In this document: piece by piece, positions 28,011-36,241 of the stretch
Layout of the letters: each line of letters starts with the position of its first letter
Numbering within the stretch: the stretch's first letter is position 1
DNA from: an uncultured Acidobacteriota bacterium
GTDB lineage: Bacteria; Acidobacteriota; Polarisedimenticolia; Polarisedimenticolales; JAIQFR01
NCBI GenBank assembly: GCA_937864465.1
Contig: CALMJU010000070.1
Coordinates: forward strand, 9,095-73,094
Direction of reading: 5' to 3'
Length of the DNA stretch: 64,000 nt
The notes under the pieces: generated by a model
What the model saw: only the letters and a program-made list of their open reading frames with translations
Database searches by the model: none
Told to the model about the DNA's origin: nothing
Program-made: the position numbers and the translations under genes

Positions 28011-29039
28011 TCACCTCCCCGCCGGAGCGGCGGCCTCGCGGAACCCGGCGAGGCGCACGATCAGCTCGACGACTCGCTCCGCGTACCCCCACCCGTTGTC
28101 GTACCAGGTGATCGTCTTGAGCAGGTTCCCGCCGAGCACCTGGGTGGACAGGCCGTCGAAGATGGCGGAGTGCGGGTTCCCGATCACGTCGGAGGAGACG
28201 ATCGGCTGGTCCGTGAACTCGACGATGCTCCGGAACCTCGTCGCCGCCGCGGACTTCACGACCTCGTTCACCTCCTCCGCCGTGACCGCCCGCTTCATGA
28301 GCGACACCATGTCCACCGTGGAGCCGTCCGGCACCGGGACGTTGAGCGCCATCCCGTCCAGCCTCCCCTTCAGCTCGGGGAGGATCTTCTCGACCGCCAT
28401 GGGCGACCACGTCGTGGCGGGAATGATGTTTTCTGCGGCGGCCCTCGAGCGGCGCAGCTCGGAATGCGGCACGTCCGCGAGCCGCTGGTCGTTCGTGTAG
28501 GCGTGCACCGTCGTCATGAACGCCCGCTCGATCCCGAACGCGTCGTTGAGGATCTTGCAGATCGGCGCCAGGGCGTTGGCGGTGCAGGACGCGTTGCTGA
28601 CGATCCGCGTCTCGGGGGTGAGGACGTCGTCGTTGACCCCCATCACGACGACCGCGTCGATCTCGTCGCGCGGCGGCACGGTGAGGATCACGCTCTTCGC
28701 GCCGGTCTCCAGGTGCTTCGCGAGCAGCGCGCGGGTCCGGAACTGCCCCGTGGCCTCGATGACGATGTCCACGCCCATCGCGCCCCAGTCGACGTCGCCC
28801 GGAGCCTTGCGCTGCAGCATTCGGATCTGCCGCCCCTTCGCGTACATCGAGTCGCCCGACACCCAGACCGGCTCCTCGAAGCGGCCGTGGACGGTGTCGA
28901 ACTTGAGCAGGTACTCGAGCCCCTTCGGGTCGGCGATGTCCACGATCGCCACGACCTCGATGTCGCTCCGAGGGTAGACGATGCGGAAGACGTTCCTGCC
29001 GATCCGCCCGAATCCCATGATGCCCACGCGAATCGCCAT
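28011..29039 (-). CDS. gap: GAPDH paralog (divergent copy)
   Basis: GFGRIGR, SNASCTANALAP, HAYT and WYDNGWGY, but PATTWSP and MALNVP replace conserved motifs. Confidence 0.88.
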   Translation of the reverse strand: MAIRVGIMGFGRIGRNVFRIVYPRSDIEVVAIVDIADPKGLEYLLKFDTVHGRFEEPVWVSGDSMYAKGRQIRMLQRKAPGDVDWGAMGVDIVIEATGQFRTRALLAKHLETGAKSVILTVPPRDEIDAVVVMGVNDDVLTPETRIVSNASCTANALAPICKILNDAFGIERAFMTTVHAYTNDQRLADVPHSELRRSRAAAENIIPATTWSPMAVEKILPELKGRLDGMALNVPVPDGSTVDMVSLMKRAVTAEEVNEVVKSAAATRFRSIVEFTDQPIVSSDVIGNPHSAIFDGLSTQVLGGNLLKTITWYDNGWGYAERVVELIVRLAGFREAAAPAGR

Positions 29040-29201
29040 GTCTCGCTCCCCTTGGTCCCGCTCGATCCCGCACGCTCGGGACGCCGCCATTACAGCACCG
29101 GGACGCACGGCGACGCAAGGCGCACGCCGCGCCGCTCGGAGCGGCCCCTGCGATATCATGGCGCCCTCCGTTCCGGGGGGGCTCGATCCCGCGAGGGGGC
29201 C

Positions 29202-30614
29202 ATGAGGGAATTCGTCCTGGGGCTCGGGCGGAACATCGCGACGCTCGCCGGCGCCGCGCTCGCGACCGTCGCGGCGCTGGCGTTCCTCTTCGTGCTCGCC
29301 CTGAGCGCTCTCGGCTTCACCGACAGCCCGTACATCGGGATCTTCGGCTTCGTCGTCGTGCCCGCGCTCTTCGTGCTCGGCCTCCTCCTCATCCCGATCG
29401 GCCTCCGGATCGAGCGGCGCCGGGACCGCCTCGCCCTCGAGCGGGGCGAGCGGCCGCGCGCCCTCCCGGTGTGGGACCTCAACGACGCGCGGACGCGAAG
29501 GGCCTTCGGCACCTTCGTCCTCCTCACCCTCGTGAACCTGGCGATCGTGGGGACGGCGGGCTTCAAGGCGGTGGAGGTGATGGACTCCACGGAGTTCTGC
29601 GGCACGGCGTGCCACAGCGTGATGGCGCCGGAGTACGCGAACTACCTGCGGTCTCCCCACGCGCGGGTCGGTTGCGTGGACTGCCACATCGGCCCCGGCG
29701 CGAGCTGGTTCGTGAAGTCGAAGCTCTCGGGCTCGTGGCAGCTGATCTCGGTCAACCTGAACCTCTATCCGAGGCCGATCCCGACGCCGGTCGAGAACCT
29801 CCGCCCCGCCCGGGAGACCTGCGAGCAGTGCCACTGGCCGGCCAAGTTCGTCGGCGACCGTCTCCGCGTGTTCACGCACTACGCGGAGGACGAGGCGAAC
29901 ACCGAGACGAAGAGCGTCCTCCTGCTGCGGGTGGGAGGAGTCCAGGGGCGCGCGGCGCAGGGGATCCACTGGCACGTGGACCCGAGCATCCGGATCCGAT
30001 ACCTCTCGGACGCGAAGCGAGAAGACATCCGGGAGGTCGAGCTGACGCGCGCCGGCGGCGAGGTCGAGGTCTTCCGGCGAGGCGGCGGGGAGACCGCGCC
30101 CGGGGAGGAGCGGACCTGGCGCACGATGGACTGCGTGGACTGCCACAACCGGCCGACCCACATCTACCGCCCGGCGGAGGAGGAGATCGACGACGCGATC
30201 CGTCTCGGCGCGATCGATCCGTCGCTGCCGTGGGTGCGCCGCGAGGGGATGGGCGCGCTCCGGGCCGGGTACGAGAGCCACGGCGCGGCGACCGAGGGGA
30301 TCCGCAGGAGGATCGAGTCGTTCTACGCGGCGAGCTACCCGGAGGCCGCCGCCGCCGCGAGGGACCGGATCGCCGCAGCGGCCGACGAGCTCGGGCGGAT
30401 CTACCGGGTCAACGTCTGGCCGAGCATGAACATCCGGTGGGGCACGTATCCGAACCACATCGGCCACACGTGGACGGTGGGCTGCTTCCGCTGCCACGAC
30501 GAGGAGCACGAGACGGCCGGCGGCCGGACGATCTCGCAGGACTGCACGACCTGCCACGCGCTGCTCGCCCAGGACGAGCGGGACCCGGAGATCCTGCGGC
30601 AGATCAACCCCTGA
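29202..30614 (+). CDS. Membrane-anchored multiheme cytochrome c, NapC/NirT-like N-terminus (6 heme motifs)
   Basis: Three TM helices, then CGTACH, CVDCH, CEQCH, CVDCH, CFRCH and CTTCH. Confidence 0.9.
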   Translation: MREFVLGLGRNIATLAGAALATVAALAFLFVLALSALGFTDSPYIGIFGFVVVPALFVLGLLLIPIGLRIERRRDRLALERGERPRALPVWDLNDARTRRAFGTFVLLTLVNLAIVGTAGFKAVEVMDSTEFCGTACHSVMAPEYANYLRSPHARVGCVDCHIGPGASWFVKSKLSGSWQLISVNLNLYPRPIPTPVENLRPARETCEQCHWPAKFVGDRLRVFTHYAEDEANTETKSVLLLRVGGVQGRAAQGIHWHVDPSIRIRYLSDAKREDIREVELTRAGGEVEVFRRGGGETAPGEERTWRTMDCVDCHNRPTHIYRPAEEEIDDAIRLGAIDPSLPWVRREGMGALRAGYESHGAATEGIRRRIESFYAASYPEAAAAARDRIAAAADELGRIYRVNVWPSMNIRWGTYPNHIGHTWTVGCFRCHDEEHETAGGRTISQDCTTCHALLAQDERDPEILRQINP

Positions 30615-31317
30615 TCTCGAGGAAGAGGCTCGATCCGTCCACCTCGCGCACCTCGCCGCGCGCGCCGATCCTCCGGCACAGCGCGCGCAGGTCCTCCGGC
30701 CCGAGCCGTCCGGATCGGAAGCCGTCCCGGCACGCGACGACCCCGTCCCGCGAGGAGCCCCGGTCGATCGGGCCGACGAGCCCCTCGGCGGCCTGCGCCT
30801 CGAACCATGCGAGACGGTGGCGCCAGAAACGCCCGGCATACGTCGAGAGGAGCACCCGTCCCCCCCGACGGGTCACGCGAAGCGCCTCGCGGAGCAGCGC
30901 CTCGGGATCGCCGCCGAACGCGCAGACCCCGTTCTGGACGCAGACGACGGCGTCGAACACCCGGTCCCGGAACGCGAGCGCGTACGCGTCCATCACCAGG
31001 AACTCGCACCGGCATCCGGGCGGCGCGAGCTGGCGCGCGAGCGCGATGCTCTCCTCGGCGGAGTCGATTCCGACGACGCGGCGCGCCGCCGCCGCGAGCC
31101 GCATCGCGACGCGTCCGTACCCGCAGCCCAGCTCGAGCACGTCGTCCTCGGGACCGATCCGCCGCAGCACGTGCCGGATCTCGGCCTCGAGATACCGTCG
31201 CACGCGGGGAGGCGCGATCTCGTAGCAGCGCCTGAGCCGAATTCCGGCGAGGCGGCGAGCGTAGTACCCGGACGCGCCCCGGCGTCCGGGCGCGGCCGGG
31301 CCGCAGGCACCGCTCAC
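30604..31317 (-). CDS. Class I SAM-dependent methyltransferase
   Basis: VLELGCGYGR, VVGID, MDA, FDAVVC and RVTRRGGRV. GTG overlaps the lon stop. Confidence 0.85.
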   Translation of the reverse strand: MSGACGPAAPGRRGASGYYARRLAGIRLRRCYEIAPPRVRRYLEAEIRHVLRRIGPEDDVLELGCGYGRVAMRLAAAARRVVGIDSAEESIALARQLAPPGCRCEFLVMDAYALAFRDRVFDAVVCVQNGVCAFGGDPEALLREALRVTRRGGRVLLSTYAGRFWRHRLAWFEAQAAEGLVGPIDRGSSRDGVVACRDGFRSGRLGPEDLRALCRRIGARGEVREVDGSSLFLEIRG

Positions 31318-33788
31318 GAGGGCCCCGACCCGTCCGCGGGGCCGAACTCCCGCACCTTCGCCGCGAGGGCCCGGAGCTTCGCCTCCGCCCGGCCGAACAC
31401 CGACTCCGGGGGGTACGCGCCGCCCACGTCCGCGACCCCGGCCTCGACTCCCGTGAGGACCTCGATCCCCTCCTCGACCGTCGAGACCGACCAGAGATGG
31501 AACCGGCCCCTCGCCACCTCCTCGACGAGATCCTTCCGGAGCATCAGGTGCGGGACGTTCCGCGCGGGGATCATCACTCCCTGCCGCCCCGTGAGCCCGA
31601 CCAGGAGACAGAGATCGAAGTACCCCTCGACCTTCTCGTTGACGCCTCCGATCGGCTGGATCTCCCCCTTCTGGTTGACCGATCCCGTGACCGCGATCGA
31701 CTGCCGGATCGGCACTCCCGACAGGCACGACAGGAGCGCGTAGAGCTCCGCCGAGGAGGCCGAGTCCCCGTCGATCTCGTCGTAGCTCTGCTCGAAGCAG
31801 AGGCTCGCGGAGAGGGCGAGCGGACGGTCCTGCGCGAAGCGCGCCCGGAGGAAGCCGGCGAGGATCAGCACCCCCTTGGTGTGGATCGCCCCGCCCATCT
31901 CCGCCTCGCGCGCGATGTCGATGATCCCCGCGCGTCCGACCGCGGTGGTGGCGGTGATGCGCGAGGGCTGGCCGAAGGCGTGGTCCCCGACGTCGAGGTA
32001 CACGAGGCCGTTCACCTGGCCGACCTTCTCCCCCTGGAGGTCCACCAGCATCGTCCCGTCCGCGAACCGCTCGCGGAGAACCTCCTCGACTAGATCGACC
32101 CGCCGCACCCTCTCGGCGATCGCCCGGTCCACGTGCTTCGCGTCGACCCGCCTCGCCTTCTCGTGGCGCGCCCAGTACCCCGCCTCGCGCACGACGTCGG
32201 CGATCTCGTTGAAGCGGGTCGTCAGCTTCTCCTGCCTGCCGGCCAGGCGGACGCCGTGCTCGGCGACGGCCGCGACCGCGTCGCGGTGGAAGGGCGGAAG
32301 GCCGTCGTCCTGGCACTTCTTCCGGACGAAGGCGGCGTAGTTCATCAGCTCCTCGGGGCTCCGGGCGGTCTCGACCGCGAAGTCGGCCTTGACCTTGAAG
32401 ATCTTCTTGAAGTCCTCGTCGAGGGCGTGGAGGAGCCGGTAGATCTGCCGCGTGCCGATCAGGACGACCTTGACGTCGAGAGGGACGGGCTCCGGCTGGA
32501 TGGAGACGCTGGAGAAGAAGTTGAACGGGTCGAACGACTGGATCTCGAGGCGGCGCGTGCGGAGCGTCCGCTTCAGCGCGGGCCACACCCCCCCCTCGGC
32601 GAGCACGTCGAGCGCGTCGAGGACCAGGATCCCGCCGTCCGCGCGCGCGAGGCTTCCCGCCTTGATCCGCGTGTGGTCCGTGCTCCATTCGCCCGAGGCG
32701 TCCCGCGCGCGCTCGATGGTGCCGAAGAGGTTCCGGTAGGTCGGGGAGGTCTCCCGGATGATCGGGAGCCCCTTCGTGCGGGAGTTGTCCACGATCACGT
32801 TGACGGCGTACGGGCGCATCCGGTCGCGGAGCTCCGCCCTCGCGCGGTCGCGGTCCGCCCCCGAGGCCGGCGGCTCCTCGACGTCGCGGAAGCGGTCGAG
32901 GTGGTCGAGCACGTCGTCGAGGACTTCGTCGAGGAATGCACCCGCAGCGTCGCCGGGGAAGCCGTCCCGGAGATCCTCCACGGCCGCCTTCACCGGAGGG
33001 CTCGCCAGATCGCGGTCGAGATCGACGAGACCCTTCCGCAGGTCCCTCTCGACGTCCCGGAACTCCTTCGTGAGCGTCTCGAGCCCCTCGCTCAGCTTCG
33101 CGTACTTTCCCTTGAGCTTCTCGTACTCGCGCCGCTGGAACTTCCCCTCCTCCACGAGGGACTCGAGCTGGCCGAGCGCGACCGGGTTCCCCGCCACGAC
33201 CGGCATCAGGTCCGGCCGGACCACCGGCCCCGTCTGGATCTGCACGAGGGTGAACCCGTCCTCCGACACCCGCTTCTCGTACTCCTTGAGCCTCTCCTTG
33301 CGGACCTCGTTGGCGGCCTCGATCGCCGCCGAGCGCCGCTTGCGGTACTCGTCGGAGTCGAAGAGCTCCGGGACCGCCTTCCCGAGCGTCGCCACGAGGT
33401 CTTCCATCGCCTGGCGGAACGCCTGGCCCCGCCCCGCCGGGAAGCGCAGGAGGCGGGGCCGGTCGGGATCCCGGAAGTTGTGGACGTACACCAGGTCGTC
33501 CGGCGACCGCTCCCCGCGCTCGATGCCGGCCAGCTGGCGGTTCACGGCGGTGGAGCGCCCGGTTCCGACCTCCCCCGCGACGAAGATGTTGTAGCCCCAT
33601 TCGCGGATCGCGAGACCCAGGCGAAGGGCCTCCATCGCGCGCGGCTGCCCGATGATCTGAATCGGGCCGTCTCCCATCTCCGCGGTGGTCTCGAACCGGA
33701 ATCCCGCCGGGTCGCAGCGCCACCTGAGACGCTCGGGCGGAAGCTCGTGCGGGTCCGTGGGGGGAGGGGTCTTCCTGGAGGGGGTCAT
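31314..33788 (-). CDS. Lon-like protease (LonC / AAA_32 + Lon_C type)
   Basis: IIGQPRA, GEVGTGRST, GQVNGL, IHTKG, FEQSY.EIDGDSASSAE (catalytic Ser) and QPIGGVNEKVEG (catalytic Lys). Confidence 0.92.
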   Translation of the reverse strand: MTPSRKTPPPTDPHELPPERLRWRCDPAGFRFETTAEMGDGPIQIIGQPRAMEALRLGLAIREWGYNIFVAGEVGTGRSTAVNRQLAGIERGERSPDDLVYVHNFRDPDRPRLLRFPAGRGQAFRQAMEDLVATLGKAVPELFDSDEYRKRRSAAIEAANEVRKERLKEYEKRVSEDGFTLVQIQTGPVVRPDLMPVVAGNPVALGQLESLVEEGKFQRREYEKLKGKYAKLSEGLETLTKEFRDVERDLRKGLVDLDRDLASPPVKAAVEDLRDGFPGDAAGAFLDEVLDDVLDHLDRFRDVEEPPASGADRDRARAELRDRMRPYAVNVIVDNSRTKGLPIIRETSPTYRNLFGTIERARDASGEWSTDHTRIKAGSLARADGGILVLDALDVLAEGGVWPALKRTLRTRRLEIQSFDPFNFFSSVSIQPEPVPLDVKVVLIGTRQIYRLLHALDEDFKKIFKVKADFAVETARSPEELMNYAAFVRKKCQDDGLPPFHRDAVAAVAEHGVRLAGRQEKLTTRFNEIADVVREAGYWARHEKARRVDAKHVDRAIAERVRRVDLVEEVLRERFADGTMLVDLQGEKVGQVNGLVYLDVGDHAFGQPSRITATTAVGRAGIIDIAREAEMGGAIHTKGVLILAGFLRARFAQDRPLALSASLCFEQSYDEIDGDSASSAELYALLSCLSGVPIRQSIAVTGSVNQKGEIQPIGGVNEKVEGYFDLCLLVGLTGRQGVMIPARNVPHLMLRKDLVEEVARGRFHLWSVSTVEEGIEVLTGVEAGVADVGGAYPPESVFGRAEAKLRALAAKVREFGPADGSGPS

Positions 33789-33911
33789 CCTGGGGCCTCC
33801 TTCCGGCTCCCGGGGAGACCGGGCGCCCGGCGATCTATACTAACGGCTTCCGGGCCTCGGGGGGCCCGTCCGGGACCTCTTGGCGGTCCCGGCGACCCCG
33901 GGTCGTCTCCG

Positions 33912-33936
33912 GGAACCTGCGCGAGGGTCCCTCGTT
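33912..33936 (+). promoter_or_regulatory. ECF-type promoter GGAAC-N16-CGTT, 7 nt before the ECF sigma ATG (leaderless, likely autoregulatory)
   Basis: GGAAC at 33912-33916, CGTT at 33933-33936, ATG at 33944 with no Shine-Dalgarno. Confidence 0.65.
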
Positions 33937-33943
33937 TCACCCC

Positions 33944-34525
33944 ATGGCGGAAACGGCCCAAGAGAACCGGCAGGCGGACGATCTCCGGCTCGTCCGCGCC
34001 GTTCTCGACGGGGATCGCGAGGCGTTCGGCGATCTCGTCGCGCGCTACCAGGGGCTGGTGGCCGGAGTGGCGTGGCGATACGGCAGCCGCCGGGACGACG
34101 TCGAGGATGCGGTGAGCGAGGTCATGATCAAGGCCTACCGGAACCTCCACCAGTACCGGCCGGACCATCCCTTCTCGACCTGGCTCTATCGCCTCGCCGT
34201 CAACCACGTGCTCGACCTCGCCCGCCGCTCGAAGAAGGAGAAGCTGCGGGCCGAGATGCCGGAGCAGCTGGCCGACGGGGCCCCCTCCGCCGGCGAGGGG
34301 ATGGAGACGAGGGAGCGCGCCGAGCTCCTGCGGCAGGCGCTCCGGGAGATCGATCCCCGCCACCGGCAGGTCATCTTCCTGGTCTACGTGGAAGGGATGC
34401 GCGTCGACGACGCGGCGCGCGCCCTGGGACTTCCCGAGGGAACCGTCAAGACCCGCCTCATGCGGGGCCGGGACGCGATCCGCAAGATCCTCGAGCGGCG
34501 CCATCCCGGACACTTCGGAGCCTGA
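33944..34525 (+). CDS. ECF RNA polymerase sigma factor
   Basis: GDREAFGDLVARYQ, FSTWLYRLAVN and LGLPEGTVKTRLMRGR. Confidence 0.95.
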   Translation: MAETAQENRQADDLRLVRAVLDGDREAFGDLVARYQGLVAGVAWRYGSRRDDVEDAVSEVMIKAYRNLHQYRPDHPFSTWLYRLAVNHVLDLARRSKKEKLRAEMPEQLADGAPSAGEGMETRERAELLRQALREIDPRHRQVIFLVYVEGMRVDDAARALGLPEGTVKTRLMRGRDAIRKILERRHPGHFGA

Positions 34526-34526
34526 C

Positions 34527-35135
34527 GTGCGCTGCCGCGACGCGAGAGAGGCGCTCCCCGAGGCGAGGCTGGGCCTCGCGCCCGCGGTCGTCCGGGACGC
34601 CGTCCTCCGGCACGTCGCGCGATGCCCGGAGTGCGCCGCCGCGGCCCGGGCCGAGGCGGAGATGGCCCTCGACCTCGCCGCCCTGGGCGACGAGCCCTGC
34701 CCGGCGATCGACGCGACGGCGCGCGTGATGCGGGCCGTCTCGGATGCGGCACCGCGGGCGAGGGAGCCCTTCCCCCTCAGGGAGGCCGCATGGGCGACGG
34801 CGGCGCTCTCGGCGGCGGCTCTCGCGCTCGTCGCGGGAGGGATCGCGATGGCGCCCTCGTTCTGGTCCGCGGTGAGGCAGACGGTCCCCGGGATCGTCTG
34901 GGCGGCGGCCCTCGGACTGAAGGTGGGGCGCTCCCTCGCGGAGACCGTCGCCTTTCTCCACGTGTTCCTCCGGGCGGGGCTCGACCTCCTCGCCGCCGCC
35001 TCCCGCCTCGCCGTCAAGGCGGAGCCCGTGGCCCGCGCGGCGGCGGCGGTCTGCACCGCGCTGATGCTCGCCGTGACCACCGTGATCGTCCGCCGCGACC
35101 TGCGGCACCGCGCCGCGCGCGCGGGCGAGGAGTGA
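34527..35135 (+). CDS. Putative zinc-binding membrane anti-sigma factor
   Basis: MRC...HVARCPEC (HxxxCxxC) followed by TM segments, directly after the ECF sigma gene. Confidence 0.75.
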   Translation: MRCRDAREALPEARLGLAPAVVRDAVLRHVARCPECAAAARAEAEMALDLAALGDEPCPAIDATARVMRAVSDAAPRAREPFPLREAAWATAALSAAALALVAGGIAMAPSFWSAVRQTVPGIVWAAALGLKVGRSLAETVAFLHVFLRAGLDLLAAASRLAVKAEPVARAAAAVCTALMLAVTTVIVRRDLRHRAARAGEE

Positions 35136-35139
35136 CGCG

Positions 35140-36207
35140 ATGAACTCCCATGCGAGGCCTCTCGGAATCCGGATGCTCTTCGTGCTCCTGGCGTGCCTGC
35201 TCCTCGCCTCTCCCTCGATCGCGGGGGAGGGCGCGAAGCCCGGGCGGACGCCCTCCCCGCCCTCGGCGCCGACCTCCCCCGAGGCGCCCGCGGCGGAAGC
35301 GCCGAGCGACACGGAGCCCGGCCCCGATTCCCCGGTCCGCTTCGTCGTACGGGAGGGCAGTCCCGACAAGGTAGCGGTGCTCAGCGACCTGGATGTCCCC
35401 GCGGGCACGAGCGTGCCCGGCAGCGTCATCTGCATCGGAGGGACCGCCACGATCGCGGGGAAGGTCGGCGGCGACGTCGTCGTGATCGCGGGAAAGCTCG
35501 AGATGACGGGCGCCGCGGGCGGCGACGTGGCGGGCGTCGGGTCGCGGATGATCGTCGAGGACGGCGCCGTCGTCGGCAAGGACCTCGTCAACGTCGCAGG
35601 CTCCCTCGACCGCGGCGACGTCCGGGTCGGTGGCCAGTCGGTCAACATCGGGATCGGCGGGTGGGCCGCGCACTTCCCCTCGCCGTTCGGGATCTTCGGG
35701 TTCTTCCTCTTCTGGGCCGCGTTCCTCAAGCTGCTGCTCGTCTTCATCGGGCTCCTGCTGGTCGGGGCGTTCGTCCCGGCCCGAGTGCAGGTCGTCTCCA
35801 CGGAGTTCCCCCTCCACCCGGCCCTCGCGTTCTTCGTGGGGATCGGCGCCTACATCCTCCTGGTGATGGTCCTCGTGCTGCTGTGCATCACGCTGATCGG
35901 CATCCCGGCCGCGATCCTGATCTACTTCGCCTTCGTCGTGCTCAAGTGGGTCGGCCTCGCGGGGGTCTTCCACTTCGTGGGACAGAGGATCGGGAAGGGC
36001 CGGATGTCGGTCCTGGGAGCGACGCTGCTCGGCTTCCTTCCCTTCGCCCTCCTCCGCTTCCTGCCGTTCTGCATCGGCAGCGTGATCTGGTGGGTGCTCG
36101 GGGCGATCGCGTTCGGATACGTCGTCCTCACGCGGGTGGGGAGCCGGCCGTACCCGGGCGCCGCGGCGCCGGCCCCTCCGCCCGCTCCGCCCGCCCCCGC
36201 GGTCTGA
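35140..36207 (+). CDS. Bactofilin-like (polymer-forming beta-helix) domain membrane protein
   Basis: Signal peptide, Pro-rich linker, GxV/GGDV repeats (GSVICIGG, GGDVVVIAG, GKDLV) and a multi-TM C-terminus. Confidence 0.75.
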   Translation: MNSHARPLGIRMLFVLLACLLLASPSIAGEGAKPGRTPSPPSAPTSPEAPAAEAPSDTEPGPDSPVRFVVREGSPDKVAVLSDLDVPAGTSVPGSVICIGGTATIAGKVGGDVVVIAGKLEMTGAAGGDVAGVGSRMIVEDGAVVGKDLVNVAGSLDRGDVRVGGQSVNIGIGGWAAHFPSPFGIFGFFLFWAAFLKLLLVFIGLLLVGAFVPARVQVVSTEFPLHPALAFFVGIGAYILLVMVLVLLCITLIGIPAAILIYFAFVVLKWVGLAGVFHFVGQRIGKGRMSVLGATLLGFLPFALLRFLPFCIGSVIWWVLGAIAFGYVVLTRVGSRPYPGAAAPAPPPAPPAPAV

Positions 36208-36241
36208 CACGGGGCGCCGCCGGCGAGCTAGAATCCGCCCC

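Noticed and set aside
28170-29201. Apparent 344-aa N-terminal extension of the multiheme cytochrome
   Set aside because: It is the antisense shadow of gap. The real start is the ATG at 29202 with a purine-rich RBS.
26992-30839. Apparent 708-aa and 942-aa GAPDH fusion proteins in the ORF track
   Set aside because: The upstream parts are off-frame readings of neighbouring genes. Both GAPDH copies begin at normal Rossmann-fold starts.
33550-33580. Degenerate Walker A (GTGRST) in the Lon-like protease as a sign of pseudogenisation
   Set aside because: A degenerate ATPase module is normal for LonC-type proteases, and the Ser-Lys dyad is intact.
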